Positions 1 through 11,731 of a stretch of 64,000 bases of DNA are shown here, piece after piece (position 1 is the first letter of the stretch; each line of letters begins with the position of its first letter). This DNA is from Lutibacter sp. (GTDB taxonomy: Bacteria > Bacteroidota > Bacteroidia > Flavobacteriales > Flavobacteriaceae), in NCBI GenBank assembly GCA_018054895.1, contig JAGPIQ010000003.1, forward strand, positions 662 to 64,661. Reading direction: 5' to 3'. Under the pieces are notes generated by a model. That model ran no database searches and had not been told where the DNA came from. It saw only the letters and a list, made by a program, of their open reading frames with translations. The position numbers and the translations under genes were made by a program.

Positions 1-2
1 CA

Positions 3-539
3 CTTGGTTTTTCAATGGCTGGAATGTATGCTTTTATTACAGCAGGCTCATTTATTTATTTAGATTATTTTGGCTTTTCACCCAACTATTTCCCCTTACT
101 TTTTGGTGCAAATGTGTTATTAAATGTTATTTTATCACTATCTAACACTATTCTTCTAAAAAAATATAAAACACTAAACATCATAAAAGTGGGAGTTTTT
201 ATGCAATTACTAGCTGGTATTGTATTATTTATAGCTACAATACCAGCACAAGCATCTTTCATTCCTATATTTGCTAGTATTGTTTGGTTTGTTGGATGTA
301 TAGGAATCATTTTCGGAAATGGCACAGCTGTTTTACTTAATCTTGTTCCTGAACTTAGTGGTTCCGCAAACGCAATGATTGGACTTACTCGTTTTCTATT
401 GGGCTCAATCGCTGGATTTTTAATAGCGTTTTTCCATTCAGATAATTTACTTCCTGTAGGAATTGTGATGTTTTTATGTGCTATTTTAGCCAATCTTTTT
501 TTATTGTTATATCATCGTTCAGTAAAAGAGGTAAAATAA
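3..539 (+). CDS. Bcr/CflA-family MFS drug efflux transporter, C-terminal part (5' truncated by window)
   Basis: Frame open from window start; about 6 hydrophobic helices; YITxGSFIY...FG and GSANA-type motifs of Bcr/CflA C-terminal half. Confidence 0.8.
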   Translation, partial: LGFSMAGMYAFITAGSFIYLDYFGFSPNYFPLLFGANVLLNVILSLSNTILLKKYKTLNIIKVGVFMQLLAGIVLFIATIPAQASFIPIFASIVWFVGCIGIIFGNGTAVLLNLVPELSGSANAMIGLTRFLLGSIAGFLIAFFHSDNLLPVGIVMFLCAILANLFLLLYHRSVKEVK

Positions 540-682
540 AATACTTCTATAAAAAAATCATTAATTGAAAGAAACGCACTTTCTATACTTATAATCTATT
601 ACTTTTAAACAACCTATAAGTATTAACTATAGTTGTATAACTATAAAAATTGAATAATTCATATTTATAAATGTATTTAGGT

Positions 683-690
683 TAAATTTG
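683..690 (+). promoter_or_regulatory. Bacteroidota sigma-A -7 element (TAAATTTG) for katG
   Basis: Exact TAnnTTTG match 38 nt upstream of katG ATG. Confidence 0.6.
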
Positions 691-727
691 ATAGTTCAAA
701 TTTTTAAACCACTTAAAACTTTTATAA

Positions 728-2977
<2,250 letters not shown>

Positions 2978-2984
2978 AACAACC

Positions 2985-3030
2985 ATAGAGTAGACGACTG
3001 GCGGTCAAATGATCGCCAGTTCGCCTCTCA
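2985..3030 (-). mobile_element. Group II intron 3' remnant (domain VI and 3' end only)
   Basis: Minus strand TGAGAGGCGAACTGGCGATCATTTGACCGCCAGTCGTCTACTCTAT folds as GAG/CTC, bulged A, AGGCG/CGTCT, long upper stem, and ends in AY; no domain V or RT ORF adjacent. Confidence 0.7.
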
Positions 3031-3861
3031 TCTTATCCGCTGCCTAATTTTTTTATAAGGTGCCTACTCCAAAACTAAACACCCTTCAGTTTTTAATTGT
3101 TTTACCGCTATGATAGCTTGTAATAGCACTTAAAACTACTGATTCCACACTCCTATTATCACCGTTAACAAACTTACAGAATACACCTAAATAAGGTGTC
3201 TATAACTTTACTTTTTCCTTTTGCACAACGAACAAACTTATACTGAGCACTTACATCACATTTACTCTATTATTTTAAAAAAAAATTGATAAACTGACTC
3301 ACCAACGTTAAACATGTAAAAATTAAGTTTTATAAATCACAATCCTTCTTTAGCTTCCATAAAATAAGTTGACTAAAAGACAAAAATTTCCATAAGTAAA
3401 CATAGCAAATCATGTGTTTTTAAAATTTCTAAAAAAAATCTAAAACTTCAACATAAAGTAAAAGCAAACACCTTTTGAATTAAGCCTAGAAATAGCAGAG
3501 TTTTCGAATTATAATATTCATTTAATTTCAGCAGTTGAAACGAACAAATAAAGCTTTAAAGAATGGTATGGATTAAAAAAACCATAAAAAACATTACTTT
3601 AGCGAAAAATTGTGAAAATACTGTGAATACCTAATCATATTTAAGTTTACGCTTATTAGTAAAAAATTAAACACCAATAATTAAGCAAACATAATTATAG
3701 TGCTTAAAAAACAACTATTAATAAAAAACAGTAAAATTAAACAATGTAGTAAAAAAAACAGATGGAATATGACAAAGGTTAGAAACATTTTCTTCATAAT
3801 TCCTAATCATAAGTTTATATAATTGACAATAAAAATGGTAGCTTGAAACCATTAAAAAACA

Positions 3862-3890
3862 GGGCGGTATCGAAAAGCCAAACGAGTAGA
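3862..3890 (+). ncRNA. Candidate small pseudoknot cis-regulatory RNA in leader of TM2 operon
   Basis: GC-rich island GGC-ggta-TCG-aaaa-GCC-aaa-CGA-gtag with interleaved GGC/GCC and TCG/CGA pairings, about 27 nt before ATG. Confidence 0.35.
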
Positions 3891-3916
3891 ATAATTTAAA
3901 TAACAACGTTAATAAA

Positions 3917-4255
3917 ATGGATGTACAAAAAGTAGACATGTTTATCATGTCAAATGCAAAATTTTTCGAGAGTCATCAATTAAATGTAATTAGAGAAAGA
4001 CTACTAGCAATTGACGATTCAAAATGGGCTATGATTTCAACATTGCAATTGAAAGACCCAACTACAAGTTTAATCGTTTCAATTTTAGCTGGTTCTTTTG
4101 GTATCGACAGATTTATGATTGGTGACACAGGATTAGGGGTTGGAAAACTTTTAACATGTGGTGGTTTAGGTATCTGGGCAATTATAGATTGGTTTATGAT
4201 TCAAGGAGCCACAAGAGAAAAAAACATGCAAAAACTACAACAATTTATGTATTAA
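3917..4255 (+). CDS. TM2 domain membrane protein
   Basis: LKDPTTSLIVSILAGSFGIDRFMIG...KLLTCGGLGIWAIID is the TM2 signature. Confidence 0.9.
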   Translation: MDVQKVDMFIMSNAKFFESHQLNVIRERLLAIDDSKWAMISTLQLKDPTTSLIVSILAGSFGIDRFMIGDTGLGVGKLLTCGGLGIWAIIDWFMIQGATREKNMQKLQQFMY

Positions 4256-4671
4256 TGACTCTAAGCAGGAATAAGTTATACTTAATACTGTTTATATCTT
4301 GTATAGCAGGGTATATTTGGCTTTATTTTAGTTTAAATAATTTAGAAACTAATCATAAAGAATTCAATGTTTGTATTCTAAAACAAATTACAAATATACC
4401 CTGTCCTTCCTGTGGCTCAACTCGTTCAATTATTTCACTAGCAAAGGGTCATTTTATTGAAGCAATTCTCATAAACCCAATAGGACTTATAGTTGCAACT
4501 ATAATGCTTTCTGCTCCTTTTTGGATTTTTATAGACATTGCTACGAAGAAAAAAACATTGTTTGATTTTTATCAAAAAATAGAGACTTATTTAAAAAGAC
4601 CACAATATTCAATACCATTAATATTACTAGTTATTATAAACTGGATTTGGAATATAACAAAAGGGCTATGA
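4255..4671 (+). CDS. DUF2752 family membrane protein
   Basis: C...T.IPCPSCGSTRS...NP motif; ATG overlaps upstream stop (TAATG), so start reassigned to 4255. Confidence 0.88.
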   Translation: MTLSRNKLYLILFISCIAGYIWLYFSLNNLETNHKEFNVCILKQITNIPCPSCGSTRSIISLAKGHFIEAILINPIGLIVATIMLSAPFWIFIDIATKKKTLFDFYQKIETYLKRPQYSIPLILLVIINWIWNITKGL

Positions 4672-5108
4672 TAAAAACAGCAAAATTTACTTATGAACCA
4701 GAAGAGCATGAAACCGAGAAAGCTTCCAATAGTTATTTAATGTCATTAATTGCAATCATCGCAGGCATACCATTACCTATTATTAATCTTATCGCTACTT
4801 TAATTTTTTATTTAGGAAATAGAAAAGAAACATATTTTGTTCGCTGGCATTGCACACAAGCTTTGCTTTCTCAAATATCTATATTATTTATTAATAGTTT
4901 TGGATTTTGGTGGACAGTCTCAATACTATTTACAGATGAAATAATTACAAATAAATACATAGCGTATATAATAGCCGCCTTTATTTTTAATCTATCTGAG
5001 TTTATTGCAACAATTTATACGGCTATTCAAACAAGAAAAGGAATACATGTTACATGGTGGTTTTATGGTAATTTAACTAACTTAATTTGCAAATCAGAAG
5101 AAGCATAA
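4668..5108 (+). CDS. DUF4870-like membrane protein
   Basis: SYLMSLIA...PLPIINLIA...FVRWHCTQAL motif; ATGA overlap with upstream gene. Confidence 0.75.
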   Translation: MIKTAKFTYEPEEHETEKASNSYLMSLIAIIAGIPLPIINLIATLIFYLGNRKETYFVRWHCTQALLSQISILFINSFGFWWTVSILFTDEIITNKYIAYIIAAFIFNLSEFIATIYTAIQTRKGIHVTWWFYGNLTNLICKSEEA

Positions 5109-5223
5109 AAAATAACCCTTTTAATTCCTAAATTTCCCTTCCAATTTTAATAACTAAAAAACTTTATAGAACACTGCCTAATAATTGTTCAAATCATACT
5201 AAAACTATTAAATTTTAAAAAAA

Positions 5224-5841
5224 ATGAAAGAAATGTGGAATAGCCGATATTCAACGGAAGATTACGCTTATGGAATTACTCCTAATGTTTTTTTTAAGCA
5301 TATTATTGACACATACAAACTTAAAGGCAAAATACTATTACCTGCAGAAGGTGAAGGTAGAAATGCTGTTTATGCCGCAAAAAAAGGGCTAGAAGTTTCT
5401 GCTTTTGACATTAGTGAAGAAGGAAAAATGAAAGCAGTTAAACTATCTGAAAAAGAAAATGTTAAAATTAAGTATGAAGTTGGTGATTTTTATGATTTAG
5501 ATGTCATTCATAATAACTATGAATCCGCAGCTTTAATTTTCGCGCATTTCCCACCACACCTTCTATCTAATTATCATAAAAAAATTGGGGATTTAATTAC
5601 TCCTAATGGACTAATAATATTGGAAGGATTTAGTAAAAATCATTTAAAATTTAGCGAAAAAGACCCTAGTTCAGGCGGACCAAATAACAGCGAAATGTTA
5701 TTTTCAAAAGAATCAATTATAAAAGATTTTCCTAATTTTGAAATTATTCAACTTGAAGAAGTAATTATAAATTTAACAGAGGGGAATTTTCATAATGGAA
5801 CAGCGAGTGTTATACGATTTATTGGTCGAAAAATAAAATAG
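5224..5841 (+). CDS. Class I SAM-dependent methyltransferase (TehB/TPMT-like)
   Basis: WNSRY...YG..PN.F; ILLPAEGEGRNAVYAA SAM-binding motif. Confidence 0.9.
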   Translation: MKEMWNSRYSTEDYAYGITPNVFFKHIIDTYKLKGKILLPAEGEGRNAVYAAKKGLEVSAFDISEEGKMKAVKLSEKENVKIKYEVGDFYDLDVIHNNYESAALIFAHFPPHLLSNYHKKIGDLITPNGLIILEGFSKNHLKFSEKDPSSGGPNNSEMLFSKESIIKDFPNFEIIQLEEVIINLTEGNFHNGTASVIRFIGRKIK

Positions 5842-6087
5842 TTGAAAATGTAGTTTTCATGATACAATAAAAAAAACAATTTTATACTAAACAATAGCTT
5901 CAATCCTTATTTTAGAAACCCATTTTTTAAATAAACCAATACACAACTAAATATTTATGTTACCTTTTCCATAATTACAAACCGACAAATAGTCAATAAA
6001 TAATTTGCTACTATTTAAAAATCTCTAATTTTACAGTCGCAGAAATTATTTACAAACTTCTTAACTACAAGATAAAAAATAAAAATC

Positions 6088-6552
6088 ATGCATTATGTAA
6101 CATTTAGTATTTCAATAACATTTATTTCTTGGTTAGTTGGGCTAGTTTTAAATGCACTTATACAAAACAACCCCTATTACATTCATGTATCACATTTCAA
6201 TTTTATAAAAAGTGAAAAATTAAATAAAATAATTGGACTTGAATTTTTTAAATGGATTGTGAAAAATTCCTTTTTTAAATACTTCAACCAGAAAATAACC
6301 TTGAAAAATAAAAAAACCGAATTGAGTGAAATCCGACATGAAATGACCATTGCTGAAATTGGTCATTTAATAGGTTTTGGTTTTGTAACTATTTTTGTTT
6401 TCCTGAAAATTAGTAATGGCAACTACTTATTTGGACTGATTATGATGTTAGTGAATATTATTATGAATTTATACCCGTCTTTATTGCAGCAGGAAAATAA
6501 AAGACGAATTGACCAATTGATAAAAAAGTATAAAACTACAGCTAACAACTAG
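6088..6552 (+). CDS. Membrane protein, CrtO-like acyltransferase family
   Basis: AEIGH...N...NLYPSLLQQENKRR pattern, 3 TM segments. Confidence 0.55.
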   Translation: MHYVTFSISITFISWLVGLVLNALIQNNPYYIHVSHFNFIKSEKLNKIIGLEFFKWIVKNSFFKYFNQKITLKNKKTELSEIRHEMTIAEIGHLIGFGFVTIFVFLKISNGNYLFGLIMMLVNIIMNLYPSLLQQENKRRIDQLIKKYKTTANN

Positions 6553-6618
6553 ATATTATAATTTCCCATAAACTAGCGTAAAATAAGCAAGGAAACCGAA
6601 TAAAAAACTTCTATAAAA

Positions 6619-7536
6619 ATGAATATTGAGGCACATAAAATAACAACACTCACTGGGCATAGCGATGCTATTTATACTTTAGATAATGGAACAGAAGAGC
6701 ATCTTATTTTCTCTGGAGGTGGAGATAAAGTGATTGTTCAATGGAGTTTGAAAAAATTTCAAGATAAAAAAATTATAACTAGTTATTCTTCCGTTATCTA
6801 TACTATTTGTCATATTCCTGAAAAAAAATTAGTACTAGCTGGAACTTCAAATGGTAATGTACATATCTTCGATTTAGAAAAAAACGAAGAACTAAAAATT
6901 CTAAAAAACCATACGTCTCATGTTTTTAATATAAAATATTCTATGGAAACTAATTGTATTTATACGGCTGGTGGAGATGGAAATCTTGTAGTTTATTCAC
7001 TTGACACATTGGACTTTATTAAGATTAAAAAACTTAGCAATAATAAAATACGAGCTATTGATTTTAATTATAAAACGTCTGAAATAGCAATTGCCTCAGC
7101 AGATTGCAATATTCGTATTTTCGATTTAAATACATTACAAGAAAAAAAGACGTTTGTCGGTCATGGTCTTTCGTCAAATGTGGTGTGCTATAGTCCTGAT
7201 GGAAAATTCCTTTTAACAGGAGGGCGAGATGCGCATTTGAACATTTGGAAAGTTGAAAATTATGAGATGACACAATCTATTGCCGCTCATGATGGGGCAA
7301 TTTACGATATTGCATACAGTCCAAATTCGGACTTATTTGCAACGGCTAGCCGTGATAAAACAGTAAAAATTTGGGATGCAAAAACATTTCAACTACTAGA
7401 AGTACTTAACAAAGAAGATTATGACGGACATCAATATTCTGTAAATAAATTAATTTGGAGCACTTATAATAATTACCTGATTTCCGCTGGAGATGATCGG
7501 ACTATTATAGTCTGGGAAATAAATCAACTATCTTAA
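6619..7536 (+). CDS. WD40 repeat beta-propeller protein
   Basis: Seven GH...S.D..(V/I)..W(D/E) repeats. Confidence 0.95.
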   Translation: MNIEAHKITTLTGHSDAIYTLDNGTEEHLIFSGGGDKVIVQWSLKKFQDKKIITSYSSVIYTICHIPEKKLVLAGTSNGNVHIFDLEKNEELKILKNHTSHVFNIKYSMETNCIYTAGGDGNLVVYSLDTLDFIKIKKLSNNKIRAIDFNYKTSEIAIASADCNIRIFDLNTLQEKKTFVGHGLSSNVVCYSPDGKFLLTGGRDAHLNIWKVENYEMTQSIAAHDGAIYDIAYSPNSDLFATASRDKTVKIWDAKTFQLLEVLNKEDYDGHQYSVNKLIWSTYNNYLISAGDDRTIIVWEINQLS

Positions 7537-7565
7537 AAACAAACCTATTTCAATAAATAGTAAAA

Positions 7566-8432
7566 ATGCAACGAACAAAGCTCACTTCTGAAAGTATATT
7601 ACCACTAACCTGCTCACGATCTGGATCTTGCTGTTTTGGAAAAGATGTAATGTTAAACCCTTGGGAATTATTGAGTTTCAGCAAAGAAAAAAAAATAACT
7701 ACCCGAGAATTTCGTGATTTGTATTGCTTATATGGAGGCATACAATTACGTTTTAACGGAAAACCCGATAAAAAAGGACAACCAGCTTGCAGTCAATATG
7801 TAGATAATGAAGGTTGCAGCGTGCATTTAGGACGTCCATTGGCGTGTCGTTTATATCCATTAGGTCGCCACATACAATTCAACAAAACACATTATATGTA
7901 TCAAGGTGATCAATTTCCTTGTTTAAACGACTGTTCTGAAGTTTTAGAATTACCGAAACTTAGTGTAGGTGACTATATTAAAGGGCAGAAAACGGATGTA
8001 TACGAAAAGGCGCAAGACGAATATTTAATAGTGATGCAAAACATAGCAGATATTGGTTTTGAATTACTTTTAGATTCAGGATTAGCCGAATCTGGAGATA
8101 CAAAAACACTTGCTGAATGGCGAAAAATCGGCAATGAACTTCCTGAAATATTAGCAGAAAGAATAGGCGCAGAATGGATGGACATTTTAATGATTCCTGA
8201 AATAACCGATATTGAAGAAAACCCTATTTCTTTCACACAAAAACATTCGGATTTACTACTTTTAAAAGCACAAGAAAAATTTGGAACCTTACAAACAGTT
8301 CAAGAACTGCACAAAGCTTCTGTGCTAATGATTGCTATTGCATTGCATTTATCGCGCGGTTTAGGAGCAGACACCAAAGGAATTTCGGAACATTGGATAA
8401 AAATTGCGAAAAGTCATGGTGCGAAAGAATAG
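7566..8432 (+). CDS. YkgJ-family cysteine-cluster (CxxCxxCC-like, Zn/Fe-S) protein
   Basis: CSRSGSCC ... CSQY...CSVHLGRPLACRLYP. Confidence 0.88.
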   Translation: MQRTKLTSESILPLTCSRSGSCCFGKDVMLNPWELLSFSKEKKITTREFRDLYCLYGGIQLRFNGKPDKKGQPACSQYVDNEGCSVHLGRPLACRLYPLGRHIQFNKTHYMYQGDQFPCLNDCSEVLELPKLSVGDYIKGQKTDVYEKAQDEYLIVMQNIADIGFELLLDSGLAESGDTKTLAEWRKIGNELPEILAERIGAEWMDILMIPEITDIEENPISFTQKHSDLLLLKAQEKFGTLQTVQELHKASVLMIAIALHLSRGLGADTKGISEHWIKIAKSHGAKE

Positions 8433-8445
8433 CGTTTTTAGGCTA

Positions 8446-8476
8446 TCCGTTTTTCAATTAAGTTTACAAAAACGGA
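8446..8476. terminator. Hairpin between convergent genes
   Basis: TCCGTTTTT / AAAAACGGA inverted repeat. Confidence 0.5.
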
Positions 8477-8486
8477 AACTTTTCCG

Positions 8487-8879
8487 CTAATCTAAATTAG
8501 CATTAGCTTGTATAACATTATGAAATGTTGGTGGATGTTCTGTAATGCTACCAGCATTCTTTTTATTAATTTTAAAAGTTGCATCCTTTGAAGTGGTAAA
8601 TAAAAGCACTGTTGAAAACGATTTTTTAAGATGCGATTTTAAGAGTACAAAAGCTTCTTCTAGTGTAAGTTCCTCCTCTGTATCCTCAGTTTCTTTAGAT
8701 CGGTAACGTAATTTCACTAAAACTTTAAAATCGTTTTCAGCATAAATTGGACGTACAAATATGTTCCTTAAGTCAGGTTTTCCAATGGTTTTTGCCATAG
8801 TTAATTTGGCAAAACGACCTTCTTGAACACTTTCTTCTACTTGTTTCCAAAAAAGCACAAACGTATCTTGGTACGGCAT
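8487..8879 (-). CDS. Hypothetical protein, resembles stand-alone N-terminal domain of a Bacteroidota methyltransferase family
   Basis: F.KLT..K...DLRNIFVRP and ITEHPPT motifs; 130-aa soluble ORF. Confidence 0.55.
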   Translation of the reverse strand: MPYQDTFVLFWKQVEESVQEGRFAKLTMAKTIGKPDLRNIFVRPIYAENDFKVLVKLRYRSKETEDTEEELTLEEAFVLLKSHLKKSFSTVLLFTTSKDATFKINKKNAGSITEHPPTFHNVIQANANLD

Positions 8880-9119
8880 AAACTAAAAATTAATAATGAA
8901 TTATTTTGTTTTTCAAAAGTACCAATTATAATTCAATTAATAAATCCAAAACTATTTATTATGTTACAAACAATTTCCATTCTCTAATTTTTAGCAACAC
9001 CAACAAAACTTTAAATAATGGCTTAAATAATGTGGAATCTTTTATTAAATATAAAAAATAACAGTATTTTTACTACAATTCTAAAACACCAATTACACAC
9101 CTCAACTTTATAATTTACT

Positions 9120-9680
9120 ATGAAAAACATCTTTATAGCAATCATAATGATAGCAACTTCAATGCAACTTAAAGCTCAATTTATCAAAGAAAAGTCTGTT
9201 AATATTGCTATTGGATATGGGTTAAGCGCTCCATTTGATGAAAATGTAGATGTAATTGGCACAGGTTTTTATATACAAGGAGAATATATACTTAGTGTTA
9301 ATAAATGGGTTGACATTAGACCGTATGCTGGTTTGGTTTTAACAAAGAAAAACCCGAGTGATTACGAAGAAAATGAGATTGAATATAAGGCGACTACAAA
9401 AGCATTTCTAATTGGTGCAAAAACACGACTTACCGCTCCAATTCCTTGGGTTGCTCCTTATGTAGAAGTTGGAGTTGGCGCATCAATTGGTACTTTTGAA
9501 ACCTTTACACCTACTACAAATATTGATAACACTGGCTTACAAGTACATATTCCTGTTTCTATTGGGTTTGAATTAGGCCCAAAACATGCCGTTGATATTG
9601 CTTTTACCTATTATTTTCAGCCAAGTGCAGAACAATTTGCTGGTGCAACTGCTGTCGGAATTACAATTCCTTTAAAATAA
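9120..9680 (+). CDS. Small outer-membrane beta-barrel protein
   Basis: Signal peptide, alternating beta strands, PYVEVGVG, C-terminal GITIPLK. Confidence 0.75.
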   Translation: MKNIFIAIIMIATSMQLKAQFIKEKSVNIAIGYGLSAPFDENVDVIGTGFYIQGEYILSVNKWVDIRPYAGLVLTKKNPSDYEENEIEYKATTKAFLIGAKTRLTAPIPWVAPYVEVGVGASIGTFETFTPTTNIDNTGLQVHIPVSIGFELGPKHAVDIAFTYYFQPSAEQFAGATAVGITIPLK

Positions 9681-9913
9681 GCTACTAAAAACATCCATAA
9701 ATTGCTTTAATGTAGGTATAAAAGGTATTAAAGTGAAAAATATATAAGTCACTATTCACCTTGAATCTCACTTAATTCATTGAAAGTTTTTGAATAATTT
9801 TTGTTATTTTTGGAGAAGTTTATAAGCCAAGAACGCTAACATAAAAAATTGCCTAATCCATGTGAAATTTGGCAATTTACATACACAAAATAACAAATAG
9901 AAATTCAGATATT

Positions 9914-11605
9914 ATGAGAAGTGATGAAGTAAAAAAAGGGCATCAAAGAGCACCGCATAGATCATTATTTAGAGCTACGGGATTAGTTGATGAAGATTTT
10001 AATAAACCTTTCATTGGAGTTGCTAACTCCTATATTGAAATTATCCCAGGACACTTTTTTTTAGACAGAGTCTCAAGAATCATTAAAGATGAGATTAAAA
10101 AAAATGGTTGTGTTCCTTTTGAATTTAATACCATTGGTGTAGATGATGGGATTGCAATGGGTCATGATGGGATGCTTTTTTCATTACCTTCAAGAGAAAT
10201 TATCGCAAATTCTATTGAAACAGTAATGAATGCGCATAAATTAGACGCCATGATTGCCATTCCAAACTGTGATAAAATTGTTCCTGGAATGATTATGGGT
10301 GCTTTAAGAGTAGATGTTCCTACCATTTTTGTAAGTGGTGGCCCCATGAAAAAAGGACATACGAAAGATGGAGTTCCAATTGATCTTGCTACCGCTTTTG
10401 AAGCTGTTGGGAAATTTGAAGCTGGCGAAATGTCTATTGAAGAATTGACAGATATTGAGTGTAATGCATGCCCTAGCGGTGGAAGTTGCTCTGGAATGTT
10501 TACTGCCAATTCAATGAATACCCTTATGGAAGCCATGGGAATTGCACTTCCAGGAAATGGAACTATTCTAGCACTCACAAAAGAACGTGAAGCACTTTAT
10601 AGACAAGCAGCAAGAAGAATTTGTGAAATAGCAAAAGACAGTGCGCAAGTAGAAAAATTTAAGCTTAAAAATATATTGAACGAAAATGCCGTACGAAATG
10701 CCTTTGCTGTTGACATGGCAATGGGTGGAAGTTCAAATACTGTTTTACATATGTTAGCCATTGCGAAAGAAGCAAATGTAAACTTCAACTTGGAAGATAT
10801 TAATGCTATTTCACAAAAAGTATCTCATATCGCTAAAATTTCTCCGAGCTTATCAACAGTTCATATGGAAGACATCAACAGAGCTGGTGGTGTAAATGCG
10901 GTAATGAAAGAAATGACCAAAAGAGGCGATAATATATTATTGGACAACTTAACTATTACTGGTGAAACGGTATTAGAGAAAATAAAAGATTCATTTATTA
11001 AGGATACGTCTATTATTCACACTATTGACAATCCGTATTCAGAAGTAGGTGGACTTGCCATTTTATACGGAAACTTGGCAGAACAAGGAGCCGTTATTAA
11101 AACTGCTGGAATTACTGGTGCAAGAGCTTTAACAGGAACTGCTATTTGTTTTGATGGACAAAATGAAGCTGTTGAAGGAATTTTAAAAGGAAAAGTAAAA
11201 GCTGGAAACGTTGTAGTTATTAGATATGAAGGCCCAAAAGGAGGTCCAGGAATGCAAGAAATGCTAGCTCCAACTTCATTAATTATGGGAATGGGATTAG
11301 GTGATAAAGTGGCATTAATTACCGACGGTAGATTTAGTGGTGCAACCAGAGGAGCAAGTATCGGACACGTAAGTCCTGAAGCTGCTGAAGGTGGAATGAT
11401 TGGATTACTAAAAGATGGTGATGAAATTCATATTGATGTAGATAAATATATTTTATCGGTAAATTTAACTGATGAAGAAATTGCTAAAAGACGATCAGCA
11501 TTCGTTCCTATTAAAAAAGAGTTAACATCAAGTTGGCTAAAACAATACAGGGCTTTAGTTACAAATGCAAGTAGCGGAGCTGTATTAAAAACTGATTTAT
11601 TTTAG
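9914..11605 (+). CDS. ilvD: Dihydroxy-acid dehydratase
   Basis: [45 protein letters not shown] motifs; start set at MRSDE. Confidence 0.97.
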   Translation: MRSDEVKKGHQRAPHRSLFRATGLVDEDFNKPFIGVANSYIEIIPGHFFLDRVSRIIKDEIKKNGCVPFEFNTIGVDDGIAMGHDGMLFSLPSREIIANSIETVMNAHKLDAMIAIPNCDKIVPGMIMGALRVDVPTIFVSGGPMKKGHTKDGVPIDLATAFEAVGKFEAGEMSIEELTDIECNACPSGGSCSGMFTANSMNTLMEAMGIALPGNGTILALTKEREALYRQAARRICEIAKDSAQVEKFKLKNILNENAVRNAFAVDMAMGGSSNTVLHMLAIAKEANVNFNLEDINAISQKVSHIAKISPSLSTVHMEDINRAGGVNAVMKEMTKRGDNILLDNLTITGETVLEKIKDSFIKDTSIIHTIDNPYSEVGGLAILYGNLAEQGAVIKTAGITGARALTGTAICFDGQNEAVEGILKGKVKAGNVVVIRYEGPKGGPGMQEMLAPTSLIMGMGLGDKVALITDGRFSGATRGASIGHVSPEAAEGGMIGLLKDGDEIHIDVDKYILSVNLTDEEIAKRRSAFVPIKKELTSSWLKQYRALVTNASSGAVLKTDLF

Positions 11606-11731
11606 AAAAAATCAGATATTAATAACCATCCCTAAATAAAAATAGTGTTGTATTAAAAAATATTTGTTTTCAATACAACACTATACTTTGTCAGAATGTT
11701 ATTAATTAAAAAAATATGAAAAAAATATACT

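Noticed and set aside
3563-3634. 23-aa ORF MVWIKKTIKNITLAKNCENTVNT
   Set aside because: No motif or context support; expected by chance in AT-rich DNA
3718-3948. 76-aa minus-strand ORF
   Set aside because: Overlaps the TM2 gene start and leader; composition reflects A-rich non-coding DNA
9820-9840. AAGCCAAGAACG before ilvD as a second pseudoknot leader or attenuator
   Set aside because: No upstream GGC partner and no Ile/Leu/Val-rich leader peptide
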